From Chloroflexota bacterium (GTDB lineage: Bacteria > Chloroflexota > Dehalococcoidia > Lucifugimonadales > GCA-002723415): a stretch of DNA of 64,000 nt. Positions 38,918-46,560 of this stretch are shown piece by piece. The stretch spans positions 4,842 through 68,841 of the forward strand of contig PBOA01000005.1 in NCBI GenBank assembly GCA_002723415.1, given 5' to 3'. Positions within the stretch are counted from its first letter, which is position 1. The number at the start of each line of letters is the position of its first letter. The position numbers and the translations under genes were made by a program. Under the pieces are notes generated by a model. It made no database searches, had not been told where the DNA came from, and worked only from the letters and a program-made list of their open reading frames with translations.

Positions 38918-39685
38918 ATTAAGATTAACAGAATAGCTTTATTAATAGAATATGATGGTACAGATTTTTCTGGGTTTCAAATTCAGAAAAATAGAAAATC
39001 TATTCAAGCTGAATTAGAAAGAGCTATAAAAGAATTTACAGGGCAATTAACAAGAATTAAATATGCAGGTAGAACTGACAAAGGAGTACATGCTGAAGGA
39101 CAGGTGATTTCTTTCGATTCTACAGTTATTAGAAACCTAAATCAATATATAGAAGGAATTAATTATTATTTACCTGATACAATATCTGTTAAAGAAGCAA
39201 ATATAATGAATGATGATTTTGACCCTAGAAGACATGCTTTAAGTCGTACATATAGATATAATATTGTGAATAGTGAAAAACGACATCCATTATTAAATAG
39301 ATTTTTTTTTAGAGTGACTAATAAATTAGATATTTTAAAAATTAATCATTCAAAATCTTTATTTATTGGAGAACATAATTTTAAACAATTTGCTGGGCCA
39401 TTACCAAAAGGAATAAATACTTACAGAGAGATTCTGGATATTTACGTATTAAAACAGCAAAATGTGGTACAATTTATAGTTAAGGGTAAATCTTTTTTGA
39501 GAAGGCAAGTAAGGAGAATGGTTGGGCTACTAGTTGATATAGGTTTAGGAAAAGTAACTTATGATGAATTAGAAGGTATGTTGGATTGTTCGATTAAGCC
39601 TATTAGTTATACTACTTTACCTCCACATGGTTTGTGCCTTGTAAATGTTGAATATTCGGATAAATTTTATAAAAATGGTGATTGA
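38918..39685 (+). CDS. truA: tRNA pseudouridine(38-40) synthase
   Basis: The track ORF (GTG 39104) lacks the conserved N-terminus. The same frame is open from 38903. It encodes 'RIALLIEYDGTDFSGFQIQ' and the catalytic-Asp motif 'GRTDKGVHAEGQV' upstream of 39104. Only ATT (38918, 38924) or ATA (38933) codons are available as starts. Start coordinate is uncertain. Confidence 0.8.
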   Translation: MKINRIALLIEYDGTDFSGFQIQKNRKSIQAELERAIKEFTGQLTRIKYAGRTDKGVHAEGQVISFDSTVIRNLNQYIEGINYYLPDTISVKEANIMNDDFDPRRHALSRTYRYNIVNSEKRHPLLNRFFFRVTNKLDILKINHSKSLFIGEHNFKQFAGPLPKGINTYREILDIYVLKQQNVVQFIVKGKSFLRRQVRRMVGLLVDIGLGKVTYDELEGMLDCSIKPISYTTLPPHGLCLVNVEYSDKFYKNGD

Positions 39686-39690
39686 TAAAT

Positions 39691-40155
39691 ATGATTAAAC
39701 AAAATAAAGTATTTAATACTTCAATAAAAGATATTAAGCCTAAATGGCACGTTATAGATGCTTCAGATAAAGCATTAGGCAGAGTATCATCAGAAATTGC
39801 TAAGATATTACAAGGCAAACATAAGGTTACATACGTCCCCTATATAAATACTGGGGATCATGTAATAGTAATTAATGCAGAGAAAATTAAAATTACCGGT
39901 AAAAAATTAGAACAAAAAACTTATTATAGACATAGTGGTTATCCAGGTGGAATCAAGCATAAAACATTAGGTAAGATAATGGATGAATCCCCAGTAGAAG
40001 CTATTAAACATAGTGTGAAAGGTATGCTGCCTAAAAATATTGTTGGGAAAAAAATGTTATCTAGATTAAAAATTTATGTTGGAGATAAACATAAACATCA
40101 AGCTCAATTGGAATCTGGAGAAAGCTTAGCTACTCCTATTGTTAAGGAGGATTAA
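39691..40155 (+). CDS. rplM: 50S ribosomal protein L13
   Basis: 'KWHVIDASDKALGRVSSEIAKILQGKHK'. ATG 39691 is preferred. The track start TTG 39682 overlaps the truA stop. Confidence 0.93.
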   Translation: MIKQNKVFNTSIKDIKPKWHVIDASDKALGRVSSEIAKILQGKHKVTYVPYINTGDHVIVINAEKIKITGKKLEQKTYYRHSGYPGGIKHKTLGKIMDESPVEAIKHSVKGMLPKNIVGKKMLSRLKIYVGDKHKHQAQLESGESLATPIVKED

Positions 40156-40553
40156 TGACTACAGAACAGAAATATTTTTATGGGACTGGAAGAAGAAAGA
40201 CATCTGTAGCTCGAGTTAGAGTTTACCGTGATAAAGGCCCAATAATTATTAATGGGAACCCTATGGAGGAAGTTTTTCCTTGGGGAGAATGGCAGAACAC
40301 TATTACTGAGCCTTTGAGAGTTGTACATGGTAAAGGTGATTTTAGAGTTGTGTCTAAAGTTTCTGGAGGAGGAAAATCAAGTCAAGCTGGAGCTATAAGG
40401 CACGGATTGTCTAGAGCTTTAATAGAAAGTGACCCTGAGTTAAGACCTTTATTGAAGAAATCTGGATTACTAACTAGAGACAGTCGTGAAAAAGAACGCA
40501 AGAAATATGGATTAAAAAGAGCGCGCAAAGCTCAACAATATACAAAGCGTTAG
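40155..40553 (+). CDS. rpsI: 30S ribosomal protein S9
   Basis: 132 aa with 'GTGRRKTSVARV' and the C-terminal 'GLKRARKAQQYTKR'. TAATG junction with rplM. Confidence 0.97.
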   Translation: MTTEQKYFYGTGRRKTSVARVRVYRDKGPIIINGNPMEEVFPWGEWQNTITEPLRVVHGKGDFRVVSKVSGGGKSSQAGAIRHGLSRALIESDPELRPLLKKSGLLTRDSREKERKKYGLKRARKAQQYTKR

Positions 40554-40588
40554 TAATAATTATTTAAAGATTAATTATAATAATTATT

Positions 40589-41650
40589 ATGAATAAGCTA
40601 GAACTTGTTCAAAACCCATTTATTAGTTTTGTTTCAAGTAAAAATATATTTGAAACAAAGCAAAATGAGCAACATAAGGCACCAAGTTTAATTAGGTTAT
40701 CAGATGGAGAGCTACTTCTTACTTTTGCTTTACATGAAAATAGTAATAATTTAGAAAGCTATGTAGTATTAACAAAATCAAATGACAATGGCTTAACTTG
40801 GTTAGCCCCTCAAATTATTTATCGAAATCCTGGATTTACTTGTATAAATATGGGTGGATTGGTCAAGTTTTCAGATGACATGATTAGATTAATACTTGGT
40901 AGTTTAAAAATTGATTATTCTTTAGGTGGAGACGAACCTTTTACGGATTGTATTACGGGATTTCTAGATTCAAAAGATAAGGGTAATACTTGGACTGATA
41001 AATTAGAAAGAATAGATTTATTTCCAATGTGGACCGAAGTTTATGGTCAAAGTAATCCACATATATTGAAAAATGGTAATTTTCTTTTGGCATTGATGGG
41101 GACTATAGGTAGAGATGATCAATGGCATTCGGGAGTCTCGTTTTGTGATCCTAAGGATAATTTTAGGTTTAGTAAACCAGTCATTATAGCAAAAGATAAA
41201 AATAGAAATTATAGTGATATTGATGTTGTGAGAGTTCAAGATGAAAGATTGCTTGCTGTAATTAGAGAACACAATTTTAAAAAGAGTGTCTTTTCTCATT
41301 CTGAAGATGAGGGGAAGACTTGGTCTCCTATAAATTATACAGGTTTTTCCGGATCCAATATTAAATTATTTAAGTTAAATTCAGGTGTAATCATCTGTTT
41401 GTATAGAGATGAAAATCCTAATAATTTAGGAGTAAGCATTAGTATTACAAGAGATGCTGGGTATAAATGGGAATACTTAGGACAAGTATATTCAGCGGCT
41501 AGTGATTCACTTCATCTACCAGGCCTTAAATGTGGATATCCTGATATGGTATATATTAATGATGTAGATATATTTGGAGTTTTACATACTTATCCAGATA
41601 AACAAGGAAGAATGAGTATTCAACAATTTGTGCTAAAAGATCTTACATAA
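40589..41650 (+). CDS. BNR/Asp-box repeat, sialidase-like beta-propeller protein
   Basis: 353 aa with four Asp-box-like motifs (SNDNGLTW, SKDKGNTW, SEDEGKTW, TRDAGYKW). No obvious signal peptide. Sits 35 nt after rpsI. Confidence 0.65.
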   Translation: MNKLELVQNPFISFVSSKNIFETKQNEQHKAPSLIRLSDGELLLTFALHENSNNLESYVVLTKSNDNGLTWLAPQIIYRNPGFTCINMGGLVKFSDDMIRLILGSLKIDYSLGGDEPFTDCITGFLDSKDKGNTWTDKLERIDLFPMWTEVYGQSNPHILKNGNFLLALMGTIGRDDQWHSGVSFCDPKDNFRFSKPVIIAKDKNRNYSDIDVVRVQDERLLAVIREHNFKKSVFSHSEDEGKTWSPINYTGFSGSNIKLFKLNSGVIICLYRDENPNNLGVSISITRDAGYKWEYLGQVYSAASDSLHLPGLKCGYPDMVYINDVDIFGVLHTYPDKQGRMSIQQFVLKDLT

Positions 41651-41706
41651 CAAATATTTACTTATGCTATAGGGTACACTATAACAGCAATATATTATAT
41701 TATGAG

Positions 41707-42360
41707 CTAATTTGAGTTATACGATTGAATGAGTTGAACTAGTTGCCACCGGTCATCATCAGTTAAAACACGACCAAATTCAGGCATTATTGCTTGTGGC
41801 CATTTGCCTCTTTTACGAGAGCTATAACCCTGTCTCCCTCCTGCAGATATATATGCAAATAATTCAGCATTATTATATGTTTCTTTAGTTAAATTAGGAG
41901 GTAGAGGACTTTTATCTCCATAAAAGGCCAAAATTTTAGCTTGATATTTGGGATCAGGTTCATCTATACCCTTTAAAGTAGAGCCATGACATACTAAGCA
42001 ATTTATATTGTATATATCAGTTGCTTTTGCAAAATCGAGATTATCTTTAGGGATTGTGATTTCAGAATTTTCAGAAATATCCATTGTCAAATAATCTAAA
42101 CTAGCTCCAGTAATCGGAACAGAGCCTTTTGGAGGTAATAATCTAGGGCTTTCTTGACTCCTATAGGAAGGCTGAAAATGCATTTCTGTAAATGCCTCAA
42201 CTCTATGACTACCTGTTTCCATTAATGCAGGTTGTTCAAATTTTATTGACTCACCAATCGTAACTTCACCAGTTTTTGAGTTGTAGCAAGATGCAAACAA
42301 TATAATTGAAAATAAAGTTATAATTATTAGAGATGTGTTATTAAAGTTTTTAAACATCAA
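41707..42360 (-). CDS. actE: ACIII monohaem cytochrome c subunit (ActE-like lipoprotein)
   Basis: 217 aa with a signal peptide and a lipobox-like 'LFASC', plus a single 'CLVCH' haem motif. Last gene of the act cluster. Confidence 0.65.
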   Translation of the reverse strand: MMFKNFNNTSLIIITLFSIILFASCYNSKTGEVTIGESIKFEQPALMETGSHRVEAFTEMHFQPSYRSQESPRLLPPKGSVPITGASLDYLTMDISENSEITIPKDNLDFAKATDIYNINCLVCHGSTLKGIDEPDPKYQAKILAFYGDKSPLPPNLTKETYNNAELFAYISAGGRQGYSSRKRGKWPQAIMPEFGRVLTDDDRWQLVQLIQSYNSN

Positions 42361-42361
42361 A

Positions 42362-42871
42362 TTATTCCCAACCTCGTTTTATATCTTCTGCGCCAATTTT
42401 ATTTAATATTTTTTCAGCTTCTTCAATTTTATCTTCACTTGTAGTTACAGTAACTCCTATATACCCCTCAGTAATTCTTGTGTCATATGCGCCCATAAAT
42501 ATTCTGGGTAATCTAGATTCAAATACTACACCAATTATTGTAAATATAATTGCTCCTAGCATAGTTCCTTCATACATTATTATAGCCATTGGTGGAACAC
42601 CTAATACAGGTTTACCACCAGTAACTAGTGGATATGCTACTTGAGTACCAGCAGTAATCATAAATCCCATTATAAATCCACATACAGCACCAAATAATGG
42701 CCATCTATAAAGTTTATGCTTAGGTTCATCTTCACCAAATGTTCCTTCAGGGTAAGGTAGACCAGTTAATACTTCATATTCATCCATTGTATAACCAGCT
42801 TTTCTTAAATCATCTAAAGCATCGGCAGCTAAATTTTCATCTAAAAATAATCCTATAATACTACGTTTCAT
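42362..42871 (-). CDS. actD: ACIII membrane subunit ActD-like (DUF3341-type)
   Basis: 169 aa with a soluble N-terminal part, two central hydrophobic helices, and a soluble C-terminus. Positioned within the act cluster. Confidence 0.6.
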   Translation of the reverse strand: MKRSIIGLFLDENLAADALDDLRKAGYTMDEYEVLTGLPYPEGTFGEDEPKHKLYRWPLFGAVCGFIMGFMITAGTQVAYPLVTGGKPVLGVPPMAIIMYEGTMLGAIIFTIIGVVFESRLPRIFMGAYDTRITEGYIGVTVTTSEDKIEEAEKILNKIGAEDIKRGWE

Positions 42872-42883
42872 ATTAATTCCTTA

Positions 42884-44257
42884 TTATTCTCTAATAGACG
42901 CAGGAACTGTCCTTCGTCCTATTTTAATTTCGTCTCTAAAGACCATTCCTTCTTTAATATCAAAAAGAGGTATTAAAGGAAAGAATTTCGAAAACATTAA
43001 TAATCCAAAAATTACGAAAGCAAAAGTTTCAGTTACAATCAATATTTCAACTATACTTGGTGTATAACTGCCCCAGTCAAAAGCAAACGGAGTTTTGCGA
43101 GCTAAACTGGGTATAATTATTAAAAATCTTTCCAACCACATACCTATATTTACCAATATAGTACTAATAAACATTAAAGGTAAACTTCTACGTACATTTT
43201 TAAACATCCACATTGGTACAGGAATAAAATATGAAGTTAGTAAAAACAATATGAATAAACCAGAAAATGGCCATTTAAAAAATTGTAATTCTCTTAGGGC
43301 AATTTCAGGCCTTTCTAAAGTAAATAAGGCAAAAGCTATTTCTAAAAATAAAAATAAAAACCATGTAGTGGCTACTATTATTAATAATCTTCCAATTGCA
43401 TCTAGATGGTCAGGTCTTAATATTCTATCATTACCTTTCCATATCCACATCATTACTACCATGAAAGTAGCAACTGCAGATACTCCTGAGTGTATTGCTC
43501 CAATAATAAAATAAGGTGCAAATATTGTAGAATGCCAACCTTCGACTCCAGCAATTACAGCGAAATCCCATGAAACTATGCTATGAACTGATACAAATAC
43601 TGGGAGTACTAAAGCAGATAATAAAATACCTACAATTGTTTGCATTTTCCATTGCCTAGGAGTCCCTCTCCAACCAAGACATAGAATTCCATATATTTTA
43701 CTTCTTAATCCTGTTGTTCTATCTCTAATTATTGCTAAATCAGGTAATAGACATATTATTACAAATAATGTACTTGCAATTAGATATGTTCCTACCGCAC
43801 TAGGATCCCAAACAAAAGGAGATCTAACATTTGGCCATACTCCTCTGCTGAAATCGTATGGAAACACCCAGTAAGTTCTCCAAGGCCTTCCTACATGGAA
43901 TAAAGGAGTGTGCAAAGCAGCCATTAATGAGAATACAGTTAGTACCTCAGCAGCTCTAGTTATTGGCCTTCTCCATTCTGCTTGAGTTAGTCTTAATATA
44001 GCTGAAATCATTATTCCTGCATGGCTGATTCCAATCCAAAACACAAAATTAACTATAAAAAATCCCCAGAAAACAGGCCTATTAAGACCTGTAACTCCTA
44101 GGCCGTGGTAAACCATATAAAAGAAAGCAGCTAACCCAGTGACAATAAATCCAAAAGAAATTAAAACAGCAGGAAGCCACCATTTAGGAGTTTCCAAAAC
44201 TGATGATAGAGCTATATCGTTAATTTCTTTTTGATTGAGTTGTATGTGTTCCTGCAT
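42884..44257 (-). CDS. actF: ACIII NrfD/PsrC-like polytopic membrane subunit (second paralog, ActF-like)
   Basis: 457 aa, polytopic, with 'EWRRPITRAAE', which is paralogous to the upstream 470-aa ORF. The ActC versus ActF assignment is tentative. Confidence 0.55.
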   Translation of the reverse strand: MQEHIQLNQKEINDIALSSVLETPKWWLPAVLISFGFIVTGLAAFFYMVYHGLGVTGLNRPVFWGFFIVNFVFWIGISHAGIMISAILRLTQAEWRRPITRAAEVLTVFSLMAALHTPLFHVGRPWRTYWVFPYDFSRGVWPNVRSPFVWDPSAVGTYLIASTLFVIICLLPDLAIIRDRTTGLRSKIYGILCLGWRGTPRQWKMQTIVGILLSALVLPVFVSVHSIVSWDFAVIAGVEGWHSTIFAPYFIIGAIHSGVSAVATFMVVMMWIWKGNDRILRPDHLDAIGRLLIIVATTWFLFLFLEIAFALFTLERPEIALRELQFFKWPFSGLFILFLLTSYFIPVPMWMFKNVRRSLPLMFISTILVNIGMWLERFLIIIPSLARKTPFAFDWGSYTPSIVEILIVTETFAFVIFGLLMFSKFFPLIPLFDIKEGMVFRDEIKIGRRTVPASIRE

Positions 44258-44306
44258 ATTTTTCTCTTTTACATATTAATTATTATAATGTTTTTTTATC
44301 AATATT

Positions 44307-45719
44307 TTAATCAGGTTTTCCTAATATTTTAACTTCTGTACGATGGAATTTTTTGTGTACTTCATACATAGTTACTTCTCTTTGTTCCCATATATTTATG
44401 ACTGGTATTATTTTTGTAGCAAGCATAAATACTAATATAGATCCTGAAATGTATCCAAGCATAATAAAAATATCAGATATTTCTGGTAAATGAGCAGGTA
44501 AAGAATTAGTAGGTAATGCATGTTTAGAAACATTTGGATCACCAATTCCAGGTACGGAATACGCAGCTACATATAGTCTAATTCTATCTAGGAAAGTTCC
44601 AATAATAACTCCAACTGCTATTAATGGAGGACCCCAAAAACTTCGTCTAACTGGATTCCAAATCATCATAAAAAGAGGGAAAACAAAATTTAATATAAAT
44701 ACACCTATAAAAATTATTAAATATGGTCCAGTTGTAAGTAGGTCTATAACTGACAATTCATTTGGCTTTTTACCGTACCAAAAAACATTGAAACTAGAAA
44801 ACCAAAACCAAAACCATAGTAGAGACAGTGCAAATAATAATTTACCTAATCCCCATACTTGATCGTATCCGATATAATCTTTATATCCTCCAAATTTTCT
44901 TAAACAAAACATAGTTAACATCATTGTAGCCACACCTGCTTGTAATGCATTAGCAGCGTGAGTTATGGGAAGAAGTGCATCTATCCATCCAGGTACAAGA
45001 ACAAGTAGAAAATCTATACTTATCAAAAAATGGACAAAAACCATCATTGCAAAATATAATGCACCTAATATACCTAATCTATGGTAAAGCCAATGCCATT
45101 GCTTAGAAGTGCCTATCCAATTTTTAGATAATTTTTTTGCAACCTTCTGTTGCCATCCTGTACCTTTATCACGAATTAATGCTAAATCAGGTAATGCAGA
45201 GAGCCATAGAAGCATAATGCCAATAAAAACTAATGAGCACAATGCTAATGTAGTCCAAATATGTGGAGAAAATACTGGTACACTTTCAAACCCAGGAGCT
45301 GCATCCCAAAACCATAATGACCTTCGCCTATCTTCAAGACTTGGTAGCACCCACAATATTGGAATAAATAATATTAAATTAAATAAACCAACTATTGACC
45401 ATATTTCTGCTGTACGAGATATAGGTCTCCTCCAATGTGCCTTAGCAAGCCTTGGAGCTATAGCAACCATAGGTGCTGCCTGTGCAGTTGTTAATATAAA
45501 TGCAAACATTGCAGCATAGTAACCCCATATAACTTTGTCGCTGAAACCAGAGTTTAATTTCATGACAAATCCAATAATTCCTAAAATCAAGAATACAGAT
45601 AATAATGAAATAATGCGCCAAAAATAGTTACCATTTCTCTGGTGCCTCTCAAGAAGAGTATTATTAATTTTAGATTTCTTATCTAATGTTGATTTAGCTG
45701 TAATCACATGAGGATTCAT
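44307..45719 (-). CDS. actC: ACIII NrfD/PsrC-like polytopic membrane subunit (ActC-like)
   Basis: 470 aa, polytopic, with the 'HWRRPISRTAE' motif. Follows the Fe-S subunit gene. Confidence 0.6.
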   Translation of the reverse strand: MNPHVITAKSTLDKKSKINNTLLERHQRNGNYFWRIISLLSVFLILGIIGFVMKLNSGFSDKVIWGYYAAMFAFILTTAQAAPMVAIAPRLAKAHWRRPISRTAEIWSIVGLFNLILFIPILWVLPSLEDRRRSLWFWDAAPGFESVPVFSPHIWTTLALCSLVFIGIMLLWLSALPDLALIRDKGTGWQQKVAKKLSKNWIGTSKQWHWLYHRLGILGALYFAMMVFVHFLISIDFLLVLVPGWIDALLPITHAANALQAGVATMMLTMFCLRKFGGYKDYIGYDQVWGLGKLLFALSLLWFWFWFSSFNVFWYGKKPNELSVIDLLTTGPYLIIFIGVFILNFVFPLFMMIWNPVRRSFWGPPLIAVGVIIGTFLDRIRLYVAAYSVPGIGDPNVSKHALPTNSLPAHLPEISDIFIMLGYISGSILVFMLATKIIPVINIWEQREVTMYEVHKKFHRTEVKILGKPD

Positions 45720-45756
45720 TATTTTATATTTTTTCCTATTTTATTTGATAAATTTA

Positions 45757-46542
45757 TTAATGTTTTTCAACTGTTTTAGATTCGTAGTCAACCTTTTTCA
45801 AATACACAACACTTGGGTGAGTTCCATATTCTTCTAATAAATGATATCCACGTTTTTCATCATGCTCTTTGTGGCCATCATGATCAGAGTGATCTCCATG
45901 TCCTCCATGTCCTAGTTCTTTTTTCTTCATTTTAGATACTTTACTTTCAGGATTATTAAAATCACCGAAAACAAGAGCATCAGTAGCGCAACCGTTTACA
46001 CAGGCAGGATTTAATTGTCGATCGCCATCTTTAATACTGGTATTATTTTTTTCAGATTCTCTTTTTGTACGCTGTATTCTTTGAACGCAGAAAGTACATT
46101 TTTCCATTATTCCGCGTGTTCTTACAGTAACATCTGGATTAAGTTGATTTTCTAATGAATCGGGCCATTCAGGTTCCCAAAAATTAAAATGTCTTACTTG
46201 GTAAGGACATCCATTAGCGCAGAATCTTGTACCTATACATCTATTATATACTTGAACATTCAATCCTTGGTCATTATGATATGTTGCATAGACAGGACAT
46301 ACAGGTTCACATGGTGCATCAGCACAATGCTGGCATAATACAGGAATAAATCTAGCTTTTACATTGGGGAATTCTCCTTCCCAATATCTTTCAATTCTAA
46401 TCCATTGGATAGGTCTTCTCTGAGTAAAATGGTCTTCTTCATTAATAGGTATATTGTTTTCTGATTGACAAGCAATAACACAAGCATTACATCCCGTACA
46501 TTTATCATTATCAATAACCATTCCCCAACTTGGATTTGCCAT
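45757..46542 (-). CDS. actB2: ACIII iron-sulfur subunit (ActB2-like, 4x[4Fe-4S] ferredoxin-type)
   Basis: 261 aa with the Cys clusters 'CTGCNACVIAC', 'CQHCADAPCEPVCP', 'CIGTRFCANGCP' and 'CTFC...CVNGC'. Has a His/Asp-rich C-terminal segment. Confidence 0.7.
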   Translation of the reverse strand: MANPSWGMVIDNDKCTGCNACVIACQSENNIPINEEDHFTQRRPIQWIRIERYWEGEFPNVKARFIPVLCQHCADAPCEPVCPVYATYHNDQGLNVQVYNRCIGTRFCANGCPYQVRHFNFWEPEWPDSLENQLNPDVTVRTRGIMEKCTFCVQRIQRTKRESEKNNTSIKDGDRQLNPACVNGCATDALVFGDFNNPESKVSKMKKKELGHGGHGDHSDHDGHKEHDEKRGYHLLEEYGTHPSVVYLKKVDYESKTVEKH

Positions 46543-46560
46543 TATAATCTCCCTTTAATA

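Noticed and set aside
38897-38935. Possibility that truA is made as an L17-TruA fusion by read-through of the rplQ TAA, since the two genes are in the same frame.
   Set aside because: TAA is a strong stop, no read-through context is evident, and L17-TruA fusions are not known. Independent initiation at ATT/ATA, possibly coupled to rplQ termination, is the simpler explanation.
41651-41706. Possible bidirectional terminator between the convergent BNR gene and actE (TATAG-ggtaca-CTATA).
   Set aside because: The stem is only 5 AT-rich base pairs with no U-tract, which is too weak to call.
43095-45519. 139-aa and 136-aa plus-strand ORFs (43095-43514, 45109-45519) opposite the NrfD-like genes.
   Set aside because: They are antisense to long polytopic membrane-protein genes with clear family motifs. 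The translations are Asn/Ile/Lys-rich noise.
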